Below, piece by piece: positions 18,746 to 27,807 of a stretch of DNA of 56,799 bases. How positions within the stretch are numbered: the first letter of the stretch is position 1; each line of letters opens with the position of its first letter. Origin of the DNA: Candidatus Enterousia sp. (GTDB lineage Bacteria > Pseudomonadota > Alphaproteobacteria > Rs-D84). A model generated the notes under the pieces. The model was not told the DNA's origin and did not search any database. It saw only the letters and a list, made by a program, of their open reading frames with translations. The DNA lies in the NCBI GenBank assembly GCA_045601765.1, contig JAZSAG010000006.1, positions 1 to 56,799 on the forward strand, given 5' to 3'. The position numbers were made by a program, and so were the translations under genes.

Positions 18746-21049
18746 ATGAAATGGACATATGATTGGTTACAAGAATACTTAAACACAGATGCAGATGCGC
18801 AAACTATATCTGAAACACTGACCCGTATTGGATTAGAGGTAGAAGACCTGCAATCACCTATATCGCCAATTGCGGCGCGTATTGTTGAATGTGTGCCACA
18901 TGAAAACAGCGACCATTTACATGTATTGCGTGTTGATGATGGGTCCCCCACCCTGCGCCAGGTTGTATGCGGTGCACCAAATGCACGTGTGGGTTTAATA
19001 TCTGCGCTGGCGGTGCCGGGGTGCGTAATTGACGGTCATGAAATAACATCTGGTAAATTACGTGGTGTTGTATCAGACGGCATGATGTGTTCTGGCAAAG
19101 AATTGGGGATAAATGACGACCACAGTGGTATTATTGAATTGCCAGACGATACCGTTATCGGTTCACCTGTTATTGAAACGAAAACCGTGTTTGATGCGGG
19201 AATAACCCCGAACAGACCGGACTATTTATCTGTGCGCGGTATTGCACGCGACCTGTCTGCGGCGGGTCTTGGCGAATATATTGAACCAAAAGATTCAGAA
19301 TTAAAAACTGTATCTGGGTCGCGCAGTGTGCACCTGGAAACAGATAAATGCCCAACATATAAAATGGTTGAAATTCATGGTATAACCATTCGCCCCAGTT
19401 GTGAAAAGATTGCGTCACGTCTGCGTGCGATTGGTATAAATCCAAAAAAAGCACCTGTGGACGCAACAAATTATATTTGCTATGACATGGGCCAACCTAT
19501 GCATTGCTTTGACGCAGATGAAATAAATGGCGATATTATTGTGCGTATGGCACAAAAAGGTGAACAATTTACAGACTTGTTTGGTAATACACATGAACTG
19601 GTTGACACAGACATGGTTATCACAGACGCGTCTGGTATTTTGGCATTGGCCGGTGTAATTGGTGGCGCACGTGGTGCAACCACAGAAAATACCAAGAATA
19701 TAATTCTGGAAAGTGCATATTTTGACCCGGTATCTGTTCGTAAAACGTCCAAACGTCTGGGTATATCAACAGATGCATCTTACAGATACGAACGCGGGAT
19801 AAATCCGACTGTATCCGGTGATGCCGTAAAAATGGCCACAGATATTATTGTATCTGCATGTGGTGGCACGGTTGTTGGAACATATTGCGCCGGTGCTGAT
19901 TTGATTCCAGATATAAAAATAGAATATACACCTGAATACTTTACCAAGAAAACAGGTGCACAAATGGATGCAAAAACCCAACATGAAATTTTAACCAGAT
20001 TAGGATATACCATAACAGATATGGGTAATAAATGGATGGTTGTTCCACCTGTTTCACGTGTTGATGTTGAAATCCCTGAAACAATTGTCGCAGATTTACT
20101 GCGTATACACGGGTATGATAAAATATCTGTGAATCATAAACACACATATGGTGACGTTCGTCCACATGACTGTTCAGAAATGGATATAAAACATTTGTTG
20201 GCATCGCGTGGTTTAAATGAATGTCGTTCATTTGGTTTTGGTAATTTATCTGTTGAAAAAATGTTATCAGACAAACCGAACATAATGATTTCAAATCCGA
20301 TAACATCTGATTTTGACACAATGCGTAATGGTTTATTATATGGCCTGTTGTCTGTGGTGTCTGGTAATGAAAAACGTGGATACCCTGATGTCAGTGTTTT
20401 TGAATTAGGCACCGTGTTTGATGGTGATATGCCGGGCCAGCAACATACCCAGTTGTGTATCGTTCGCGCCGGTTGCAATTCACCAAAACATTGGACGCGT
20501 CGTAATCGTGAATTTGACATTTACGATATCAAGGCAGATATCATCGCATTGATGCAGGGCCAAAATTTCTTGGTTGATTGCGAAAATGCGCCAATGTGGG
20601 CACACCCATATCGTTATGGACGTATTATGCAGGGTAAAAAAACAATTGCAGAATTTGGTGAATTACATCCATCTGTTGCAAAAAAATTACGCATAAAAAC
20701 AAATGTTGTGATTGCGATTGTTGATGATATTAAAAATTTGCCATCAAAACGCGGCGGAAAACAGCCTGTATTATCTGAATTCCAGCCCATAACACGTGAT
20801 TTTGCGTTCATAGTAGATGTTGATATGCCGGCTGAAAAATTAACATCTGTTGCACGCAGTGTGGACAGTCGTATTTCAGGCGTGATTGTATTTGACGCGT
20901 TTGAATTACCAGATGGTAATAAATCAGTTGCATTTACAATTACAATTGATCCACGTGAAAACATGTCTGATAATGACTTGCAAACATTGCAAAAATCAGT
21001 CATAGAATCTGTTGAAAAGAAATGTAACGCAAAAATACGTGATAAATAA
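18746..21049 (+). CDS. pheT: Phenylalanine--tRNA ligase beta subunit
   Basis: 767 aa with an N-terminal tRNA-binding domain (VVCGAPNARVG), B3/4 and B5 regions and a C-terminal FDX-ACB-like domain. Confidence 0.95.
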   Translation: MKWTYDWLQEYLNTDADAQTISETLTRIGLEVEDLQSPISPIAARIVECVPHENSDHLHVLRVDDGSPTLRQVVCGAPNARVGLISALAVPGCVIDGHEITSGKLRGVVSDGMMCSGKELGINDDHSGIIELPDDTVIGSPVIETKTVFDAGITPNRPDYLSVRGIARDLSAAGLGEYIEPKDSELKTVSGSRSVHLETDKCPTYKMVEIHGITIRPSCEKIASRLRAIGINPKKAPVDATNYICYDMGQPMHCFDADEINGDIIVRMAQKGEQFTDLFGNTHELVDTDMVITDASGILALAGVIGGARGATTENTKNIILESAYFDPVSVRKTSKRLGISTDASYRYERGINPTVSGDAVKMATDIIVSACGGTVVGTYCAGADLIPDIKIEYTPEYFTKKTGAQMDAKTQHEILTRLGYTITDMGNKWMVVPPVSRVDVEIPETIVADLLRIHGYDKISVNHKHTYGDVRPHDCSEMDIKHLLASRGLNECRSFGFGNLSVEKMLSDKPNIMISNPITSDFDTMRNGLLYGLLSVVSGNEKRGYPDVSVFELGTVFDGDMPGQQHTQLCIVRAGCNSPKHWTRRNREFDIYDIKADIIALMQGQNFLVDCENAPMWAHPYRYGRIMQGKKTIAEFGELHPSVAKKLRIKTNVVIAIVDDIKNLPSKRGGKQPVLSEFQPITRDFAFIVDVDMPAEKLTSVARSVDSRISGVIVFDAFELPDGNKSVAFTITIDPRENMSDNDLQTLQKSVIESVEKKCNAKIRDK

Positions 21050-21054
21050 TCAAA

Positions 21055-21079
21055 GGCCGGCATTTGCCGGTCTTTTTTT
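21055..21079 (+). terminator. pheT terminator
   Basis: CCGGCA-tt-TGCCGG hairpin followed by a T-run. Confidence 0.7.
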
Positions 21080-21170
21080 ACTTTTTTTGCCCCCAGGATT
21101 TTTTGTATGGTTGACTTTTTTTTCAAGATTCTTAATAATATACCCATTGAAGTATACTAAGGGGAAAAAT

Positions 21171-21668
21171 ATGCGAAAAATACTTGGTTTGTTAATGGGA
21201 TTGTTACCTGTATCTGCGTTTGCTAATCCTGCGTGTCCGGTGTGCACAATTGCGATTGGTGCGGGTTTGGATATTGCGCGCCGCCTGGGCGTTCCAGACA
21301 GTGTTGTTGGTCTGTGGGCCGGGGCATTGCTGACATTGATTGGATATTGGACATTAAAGTTTATGGACAAAAAGGGCTGGCACTTTTTCGGCCGTGATGT
21401 GGTTGTTATATTATTATCCATTGCGATGATTGGTTTTGCTTATATGGGTGTTGTTGAATATAACCCTGTATTAATATGTGGTTCATTTGTAATGGATCCT
21501 GTGTTATTTGGCACAATCTGTGGCGCGATAATATTTATACTGACATCAAAATTATATCAATGGATGAAAAAGAAAAACGGCGGACATGCACATTTTCCGT
21601 TCGAAAAGGTTGTTTTGCCTGTTGTCGCATTGTTTATCGCCAGTTATATAATGATGATTTGTTTTTAA
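21171..21668 (+). CDS. Hypothetical polytopic membrane protein with an N-proximal CPVC motif
   Basis: ATG at 21171 follows GGGGAAAAA. Signal-like MRKILGLLMGLLPVSAFA, then NPACPVCTIAIG and several hydrophobic helices. Confidence 0.6.
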   Translation: MRKILGLLMGLLPVSAFANPACPVCTIAIGAGLDIARRLGVPDSVVGLWAGALLTLIGYWTLKFMDKKGWHFFGRDVVVILLSIAMIGFAYMGVVEYNPVLICGSFVMDPVLFGTICGAIIFILTSKLYQWMKKKNGGHAHFPFEKVVLPVVALFIASYIMMICF

Positions 21669-21685
21669 CCCAAGGAAAATAGTAA

Positions 21686-22264
21686 ATGAAAAAAATAGAA
21701 AGTGTACAAGAATTTGTTGAAAAATTAGACGCCGCTAAAAAGGTAAATCCCAAAGATTTATCCAGTGACCAAGATTTAACAATTGCAATTATGAATTTAA
21801 TTTCAATCGAAGAACATTTAATGTTCTCGGGCGCCAAAACTGGCAAGCATGAATATTACGACCTGATAAACCAGGTCCGTGATATGCGCAAAAACGCAAT
21901 GTTAAAAATAATACCTGCGTACGAGGGCGAAGTTTGGTGTATATCAAAACATTTGCTGGCCGCGTCAATGCGTGTATTTGAAGTTGGGACCAAGGCCCTG
22001 GCGTCTGGTGACACACAAACAGCGTACGATTTATTTGATCAATCCTATGAATTATATTGCATGTTCTGGGGATTGAACATGGGTATTTTAAATGGTGAAA
22101 AAACAACAAAAACTGCGCCAAAAAAACAAGCAGATGTTGCAAAACCCGCCCAGACAAAAAATAAAGCGGTTGAAAATGTGTCTGCCCCTGTTATCAAAGA
22201 ACAAGGCGGCATGTCAAAACTGAAAAGTTGGGTAAAAAATGCGGTAAACTGCTGTATAGAATAG
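21686..22264 (+). CDS. Hypothetical protein (Lys/Ala-rich linker, C-terminal ...NCCIE)
   Basis: 192-aa ORF with an AAGGAAAA RBS, 17 bp after the preceding membrane-protein gene. No family recognised. Confidence 0.55.
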   Translation: MKKIESVQEFVEKLDAAKKVNPKDLSSDQDLTIAIMNLISIEEHLMFSGAKTGKHEYYDLINQVRDMRKNAMLKIIPAYEGEVWCISKHLLAASMRVFEVGTKALASGDTQTAYDLFDQSYELYCMFWGLNMGILNGEKTTKTAPKKQADVAKPAQTKNKAVENVSAPVIKEQGGMSKLKSWVKNAVNCCIE

Positions 22265-22274
22265 TTAAAAAAAA

Positions 22275-22296
22275 CTCCCAGTGTTGGGAGTTTTTT
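22275..22296 (+). terminator. Terminator
   Basis: CTCCCA-gtgt-TGGGAG hairpin followed by TTTTTT. Confidence 0.7.
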
Positions 22297-22330
22297 ATTG
22301 CCAAGTGAAATTAAAATTTTGTAAAAAAAA

Positions 22331-22354
22331 TCCCCCAAACGGGGGGATTTTTTA
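22331..22354. terminator. Bidirectional terminator
   Basis: TCCCCC-aaac-GGGGGA hairpin flanked by an A-run and a T-run. Abuts the stop of the minus-strand ligase gene. Confidence 0.7.
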
Positions 22355-23932
22355 TTCGTGTCTATCTGGGTATTTACCATCAATTAAATTCTGACGAATT
22401 ATGTGATGTTTAACCTTTTGTGTACTGGTCAATGGCAAATCTTCGGTTGTCATTGCATAGTGTGTAACCCATTTATAACTGGCTACTTTTTTGTTTGCTG
22501 CCGCAATTGCTTTGCCCAGTTTTTCCATTGTCATACCGTCTTCAACACTGAATACACCGTATGTCACAGTTTTATCTTTGACGACATGTTCAAACACAGC
22601 AACGTTTTTAACCCCAGGGATTGTTATATACATTGCCTCCAGTTCGTCTGGATAAACGTTTTTACCGCTGTCCAAAACAATAACTTGTTTTTTACGGCCT
22701 GCGAAATGTAATTCGCCGTTTTTATCCATAGACACCATATCGCCCGTATTAAAGAACCCGCGTTCATCAAACACTTCGGCATTAACCGCGTCATTATTCA
22801 GATATCCACCAAACACCTGATGACCACGCAACCACAGCACACCGACGCCGTCTTCGTTTTTATCACGAATTTCGCATTCGTTGTTCAGTGTTGGTCCACC
22901 GAACGCAAATGGTAAACGTTTTTTAGTAGGCTTTGAAATACAGATTGGTCCGACTGTTTCTGTCAGTCCATAACCCTGAATAAATGTCAACCCCAGACGT
23001 TCATAGAATGTTTCAACCTCTGGTTTTGTTGCGGCACCACCTGCAATCAGCAGACGTGCACGACCACCGAATACATCCAAGATTGGTTTTTGAACCTTGC
23101 GTACCAAGAATCCCAATCCTAATTTTTCCAACAGTTTTCCATATTTTAAAACAAAAGATACCAACCACCATTTCTTTTGTGCTTTGATATTATCAATAAT
23201 TTTATTACGGAAAACCTCCCACAGACGTGGTACTGCCGGAATAATTTGCGGACGGAATTTCTTAAAGTCCGCCATAATTTCTTTTGGATTAACGGTTGGT
23301 TGTAACAACACCCCGGCCCCATAATGTAATGTCGCCAGAATTTCCACTGCGAACCCAAACACATGATACATTGGCAAGAATCCATATAGGTAATCACCTG
23401 GTCTAATCCATTCGGCCATTGATTCCAAAGAATTCGTGCATTCCACGATATTAAAGTGTGTCAGTGGCACAACCTTGGGTACACCCGTAGACCCAGATGT
23501 AAATGACATTGTTGCGATATCCAAAGATTCCACATCTGCTGGTTTTAAATCTGGATTAATTTTACCGTCTTTTTTTGTTATTTCATAAAATTTAAATTTG
23601 CTTGTTTTATAAACAAAAGACTTTTCTGCGCATACCATTTTACATTTTGTAATAGATGCCATATTGTCGTATTCAAATGGGGTCAGATTTGTATCCAGTA
23701 ATAACACAGTCCCCCCCAGATACCAAATTGCAAACATTGTTATTGGAAATTCTGGGATATTGTGTGACAAGATACCAACAACATCACCTTTTTTTACGCC
23801 CTGTGCATCCAGTGATGCCGCACGTGCTTTTACCAAACCGATAAAGTCTTTGTATGTAACGTTCTCGCGCACCAGATATAAATTATCTGGATATGTTTGT
23901 GCGGTACGTTCCAGTAACTGATACATATTCAT
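22352..23932 (-). CDS. AMP-dependent synthetase/ligase (long-chain acyl-CoA ligase-like)
   Basis: AMP-binding signature MSFTSGSTGVPKVV, plus YGLTET and GDMVSMDKNGELHFAGRKK motifs. Confidence 0.85.
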   Translation of the reverse strand: MNMYQLLERTAQTYPDNLYLVRENVTYKDFIGLVKARAASLDAQGVKKGDVVGILSHNIPEFPITMFAIWYLGGTVLLLDTNLTPFEYDNMASITKCKMVCAEKSFVYKTSKFKFYEITKKDGKINPDLKPADVESLDIATMSFTSGSTGVPKVVPLTHFNIVECTNSLESMAEWIRPGDYLYGFLPMYHVFGFAVEILATLHYGAGVLLQPTVNPKEIMADFKKFRPQIIPAVPRLWEVFRNKIIDNIKAQKKWWLVSFVLKYGKLLEKLGLGFLVRKVQKPILDVFGGRARLLIAGGAATKPEVETFYERLGLTFIQGYGLTETVGPICISKPTKKRLPFAFGGPTLNNECEIRDKNEDGVGVLWLRGHQVFGGYLNNDAVNAEVFDERGFFNTGDMVSMDKNGELHFAGRKKQVIVLDSGKNVYPDELEAMYITIPGVKNVAVFEHVVKDKTVTYGVFSVEDGMTMEKLGKAIAAANKKVASYKWVTHYAMTTEDLPLTSTQKVKHHIIRQNLIDGKYPDRHE

Positions 23933-24002
23933 TATAAAAATTCCTTGTTGTTTTTATATTGGACTGTGGGTATTATACATAACAAACAACAGGAAATCAA
24001 AT

Positions 24003-24776
24003 ATGAAAATACTTACATTAAATATCAACTCTATACGTGCGCATGCGCAAAGTTTTATTGATTTATTACGTGGCGGCGAATACGACACAATTATGGTCCA
24101 AGAACTGAAAGTAGAAACCGCGAACTTTCCACACATGCTGTTTGATGAATTTGGTTATAATATAAAGGTGTTCGGTCAAAAAAGTTGGAATGGTGTTGCA
24201 ACATTTTCCAAACATTCTATCGAAGATGTAACATGTGGTCTGCCGACATATCCTGATGTAAACGCACGTTTTCTTGAATGTGTTGTTGCGGGACGCGTTC
24301 GTCTTATAAATGTATATATGCCAAATGGCGACCTGGTAACATCGCCAAAATTTCCATATAAATTGGAATGGATGAATGCATTTACACAATACATAGAACA
24401 ATATCTTGATTCCCCAGAACCTGTAATTATCGCCGGTGATTTTAATGTTGCCATACAAGACAGAGATATATGGAATCCAAAAAATTACGAAGGTGTCGCA
24501 ATATCTGCACCTGCGGCGCGTGATATAATGAATAAATGGTTGTCGGCTGGTTGGGTTGACGCATGGCGCACATTGCACCCAGATGACGTTGGTTATACAT
24601 GGTATGGTTATCGTGGGCGCGATACCGTTGGGAACAAGCAAGGCCTGCGTTTAGATTATTTCTTGTGCAATAAAACAGCGACGCGTATGATAAAAAATTG
24701 TGAAATAGATATGGAACCGCGACTGGCAGAAAAACCGACAGACCATTGTGGTTTGATGTTGTCGTTAAAAGATTAA
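24003..24776 (+). CDS. xthA: Exodeoxyribonuclease III
   Basis: MKILTLNINSIRAH... and an EEP-fold C-terminus ...PTDHCGLMLSL. 257 aa. Confidence 0.9.
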   Translation: MKILTLNINSIRAHAQSFIDLLRGGEYDTIMVQELKVETANFPHMLFDEFGYNIKVFGQKSWNGVATFSKHSIEDVTCGLPTYPDVNARFLECVVAGRVRLINVYMPNGDLVTSPKFPYKLEWMNAFTQYIEQYLDSPEPVIIAGDFNVAIQDRDIWNPKNYEGVAISAPAARDIMNKWLSAGWVDAWRTLHPDDVGYTWYGYRGRDTVGNKQGLRLDYFLCNKTATRMIKNCEIDMEPRLAEKPTDHCGLMLSLKD

Positions 24777-24779
24777 AAA

Positions 24780-24800
24780 ATCCCCAAACGGGGATTTTTA
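24780..24800. terminator. Bidirectional terminator
   Basis: ATCCCC-aaac-GGGGAT hairpin between convergent xthA and the adaptor gene. Confidence 0.7.
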
Positions 24801-24802
24801 CT

Positions 24803-26047
24803 TTATGGTCTGGGGCCACGCATTGGGTTCATATTGTTGCCTTTGTTTTCTGTCTTCATAGACCCCATACGTCCCGTCACAATTTTGTCCCCCAGTTTCA
24901 ATTCATCAGAAATAATTTCTGTTTCTGTGGCCGTCGCCAATCCCTTGGCGTATGGTACGAATACGACCTGGCCGTCACGTAACAACGCCAAATGTGTTGA
25001 TGGTGTTGCACCATTTGGATCATCAACAATGTTGCTGAAATTACGCACTAAAAATGCCGAGTTTGTAGTTTTCCAAACATTATTCTTTTCCGATATTATA
25101 ATCGTCACAAACGCGGTCATCCCCGGCATCAGTCGCAGTTCAGAATTATCAACATCAATCACCACAGTATACACAACAACATTTGACGTTGTTGTTGGTG
25201 ATAATCTTATTTGACGCACAATGCCTTCAAAGGTCTCGGACGGGTACGCATCAACAGTAAAAGAAACTTTTTGACCTTCTTTGATAACACCGATGTCCGC
25301 CTCTGACACAGATGTTTCAATTTGCATTTTTGTTAAATCTTCGGCAATTTCGAACAGGTCCGGCGTTTGGAAAGACGCGGCCACAGTTTGCCCGACATCA
25401 ACCTTGCGTGAGATAACCGTCCCATCCACAGGCGAAATAATTGTCGCATACCCCAGGTTTGTTAACGCGCGTTCATATTGTGATTGCATACGTTTAACAG
25501 ATTGTTCTGCCTGTTCATACGCGGTCTGTGATTGTTCCATTTCTGCGCGTGAAATAAATCCATCTGCATACAAAGATTTGTTTCTTTCATATTCAGATTT
25601 TGCATAATTGCGTTGTGATTCTGCACTGACCAGTGAAGCCTTGGACTCGTCAACAGATGCCTGTAATACGGATGGTTCTATTGTCAGCAAAACATCACCT
25701 TTTTTTACCTTGGAATTAAAGTCGACATATAAATTATCAATTGTCCCGGACACCTGAGACCCAACGTTTACAGTGTTCACAGGTTGTATTTCACCGGTTG
25801 CGCTGACAACATGTCTTAAATCACCGCGTGTAATATTTACGGTCGCATATTCTTGTTTTTTATCAACTGCGCCACCGAATATCAGTTTTATTGCCACCAA
25901 CGCCGCCGCAATTAATAATATCCACCATTTTTTGCGCCATATAAACTTCAAGAACCGCCATATCACAGATGGACGTTTAACCTTTGGCTCTACAGGTGCC
26001 TGTGGGGCAACAGGTTGTTTTTTTACGTTTTTATTCTTCTTTGCCAT
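24803..26047 (-). CDS. HlyD/MacA-family periplasmic adaptor subunit
   Basis: N-terminal anchor, coiled-coil hairpin region and beta-barrel/lipoyl-like segments. Overlaps the upstream TolC-family gene by 17 nt. Confidence 0.85.
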   Translation of the reverse strand: MAKKNKNVKKQPVAPQAPVEPKVKRPSVIWRFLKFIWRKKWWILLIAAALVAIKLIFGGAVDKKQEYATVNITRGDLRHVVSATGEIQPVNTVNVGSQVSGTIDNLYVDFNSKVKKGDVLLTIEPSVLQASVDESKASLVSAESQRNYAKSEYERNKSLYADGFISRAEMEQSQTAYEQAEQSVKRMQSQYERALTNLGYATIISPVDGTVISRKVDVGQTVAASFQTPDLFEIAEDLTKMQIETSVSEADIGVIKEGQKVSFTVDAYPSETFEGIVRQIRLSPTTTSNVVVYTVVIDVDNSELRLMPGMTAFVTIIISEKNNVWKTTNSAFLVRNFSNIVDDPNGATPSTHLALLRDGQVVFVPYAKGLATATETEIISDELKLGDKIVTGRMGSMKTENKGNNMNPMRGPRP

Positions 26048-27374
26048 TTTGTTCTTCCTGTTCTAGTTCTGCCTTGATTTCACCAACAGCCAGCGCCACA
26101 GCGGCCCGTTTAGTAAATAAATCATATTTTGCGGCATTGTTTTGTTTTTCTGCACTGACCAGTTCAGATTGCGCTGTTTGCCAATCCAGCATTGTTGCGC
26201 GTCCAACCTTGTACATACCGGCGGTTACTTTTTCGCTTTCAGTTGCAGATTTCAGTAATGTTTCGGTCTGTTTTAATACGGTCTGCGCAGTTTTATAGTT
26301 TTGATATGCTGTAAATATATCCAGTGACGCGTTATCTTGGGTTGCGCGTTCTTGTTCAACCGCGCGGTCGTAATTTGCCTGGGCGGCGCGCAGGTTATAC
26401 ATATTTGCAAATCCTGCAAACAATGGCATAGACGCACGTATTCCAATACTGCCACTGACATTATCGTAACCTGCATTAAATGCCTCGGACGGTGTGTCGT
26501 TCCACTGTAAAGACCCCGACGCAGAAATAGACGGCAGGTTACTTAAAAAAGTGCTGTTTCTGCGGTGCCATGCGGCATCTTTGTTTGCGGTTGCGCGTAA
26601 CAGGTCTGGTCTGGTTTTTTGTGCCTGTTCAAACAATTCATCCAAAGATTTTGTTTCTTGGGGTGTTCCAAATTCAGACGGCATATCTGCGATTTTAATA
26701 TCTTGGTCTGCCGGGAAAGACAGTTTATTTAATAATGCGCCCTTGGCAATTTCGCGATTGTTTTTTGCACGTTCCAGGTCTAAATCACGACTGGCCAATG
26801 TGGTATCTGCCTTTAACACGTCTGCGCGTGCCACAGATCCGGCCTTGAATTTTTTTTGTGCGGTATCACGTGCGGTTTGTGCAACTGTGCGCAACATTTC
26901 CGCAGATTCAACGTCTGCATCTGCGTTTAATAACGCATAATACGCACCGATTAAACCATAAATATAGTTTTGAACGGTTTCATCATAATCAAACCCGGCC
27001 GCCCGCCATGACGCCGCCGATTGATTTAAATCGGACAGTCTTTTGCCAAAATCAAATATTAAATAAGATGCGGACAAAGACGCCCCATACGACCAATCGC
27101 CCCAGTTTTCATTACGATACGGCAGTGACGCCGACCCAGATGCGCTTAGGCTGGGTAAATAATCGGCGTAACCGGCATTTTTAGAAAATCGTGCAGATTC
27201 ATATGCTAAAAAAGACGCAGTTGTTTGTGGGTTACGACACAGCCCCAGTTCGATTACCTGGGGTAAATTAAGTACTTCATCTGGTACACTTGTACGTGTT
27301 ACGCATTCTTCATACGCGCCAAACGCCATACATGGCACCAATACCCCCAGTAAAAAAGACAGTTTTTTCATCAA
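26031..27374 (-). CDS. tolC: TolC-family outer membrane efflux protein
   Basis: Signal peptide and a two-fold repeated alpha/beta TolC architecture. 447 aa. Confidence 0.85.
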   Translation of the reverse strand: MMKKLSFLLGVLVPCMAFGAYEECVTRTSVPDEVLNLPQVIELGLCRNPQTTASFLAYESARFSKNAGYADYLPSLSASGSASLPYRNENWGDWSYGASLSASYLIFDFGKRLSDLNQSAASWRAAGFDYDETVQNYIYGLIGAYYALLNADADVESAEMLRTVAQTARDTAQKKFKAGSVARADVLKADTTLASRDLDLERAKNNREIAKGALLNKLSFPADQDIKIADMPSEFGTPQETKSLDELFEQAQKTRPDLLRATANKDAAWHRRNSTFLSNLPSISASGSLQWNDTPSEAFNAGYDNVSGSIGIRASMPLFAGFANMYNLRAAQANYDRAVEQERATQDNASLDIFTAYQNYKTAQTVLKQTETLLKSATESEKVTAGMYKVGRATMLDWQTAQSELVSAEKQNNAAKYDLFTKRAAVALAVGEIKAELEQEEQNGKEE

Positions 27375-27462
27375 AAGTTCTCTCTCGTAATATTTCTTTT
27401 ATTATATACTATTTTTATCTTGAAATACAATTTTTTTTTGCGTAATATAGTCCTGCTGTTTG

Positions 27463-27536
27463 GGCCTGGTGGCAGAGTGGTTATGCAGAGGACTGCAAAT
27501 CCTTCTATGCCGGTTCGATTCCGACTCAGGCCTCCA
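27463..27536 (+). tRNA. tRNA-Cys (GCA)
   Basis: Hand-folded cloverleaf: acceptor GGCCTGG/TCAGGCC (one G-U pair), anticodon loop CTGCAAA, T-arm GCCGG-TTCGATT-CCGAC, encoded CCA. Confidence 0.9.
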
Positions 27537-27579
27537 AAATAAAAAACCGTCCCTTGTGGACGTTTTTTATTTTGAAATC
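27518..27579 (+). repeat. Direct repeat copy 1 (tRNA-Cys 3' end plus terminator)
   Basis: 62 bp, repeated at 27718-27779 with a single mismatch (T at 27526 versus C at 27726). Confidence 0.9.
27548..27568 (+). terminator. tRNA-Cys terminator (copy 1)
   Basis: CGTCC-cttgt-GGACG hairpin followed by TTTTTT. Confidence 0.7.
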
Positions 27580-27717
27580 ATGATGTGGAGAACCGGCGCC
27601 GGTTCGCATGCGCGCAAAGGTTTGCAAGTGGCGTGTGATATTTTGCCACGCAGCAAACCACTGCAAGCAGTGAATCAAGTTGCGTTTAGCAACGGTCGCC
27701 CAACGGGCGATGTGAAC
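27580..27717. other. 138-bp GC-rich, hairpin-rich insert between the two repeat copies (integration scar, miniature element or sRNA)
   Basis: Composition contrasts with the flanks. Contains the 16-bp palindrome GAACCGGCGCCGGTTC and hairpins GCAAA/TTTGC, GTGGC/GCCAC and TCGCCC/GGGCGA. Confidence 0.4.
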
Positions 27718-27779
27718 ATTCCGACCCAGGCCTCCAAAATAAAAAACCGTCCCTTGTGGACGTTTTTTATTTTGAAATC
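27718..27779 (+). repeat. Direct repeat copy 2 (displaced tRNA-Cys 3' end plus second terminator copy)
   Basis: Identical to copy 1 except that C at 27726 would make a Watson-Crick pair with the tRNA acceptor 5' strand. Confidence 0.9.
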
Positions 27780-27800
27780 TATGTGTTCTGTGTGTATGAT
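27772..27800 (+). promoter_or_regulatory. Candidate sigma70 promoter for recF, with its -35 inside repeat copy 2
   Basis: TTGAAA, 17 bp spacer, TATGAT. The -10 ends 7 nt before the ATG at 27808, implying a near-leaderless mRNA. Confidence 0.35.
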
Positions 27801-27807
27801 AGCAATC

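Noticed and set aside
20614-21147. Long antisense or alternative-frame ORFs inside large genes. Examples are 20614..21147, 30911..31465, 35448..35867, 52171..52593, 55976..56341, 24066..24641 and 11829..12341.
   Set aside because: These are shadow ORFs overlapping confidently assigned genes. They have low-complexity or odd composition and no independent signals.
27460-27807. The track ORF 27460..28887 gives RecF a 116-aa N-terminal extension.
   Set aside because: The extension is read through tRNA-Cys, two terminator hairpins and the GC-rich insert. The RecF homology (…LTDFRNH…GPNGAGKT) begins at the ATG at 27808.
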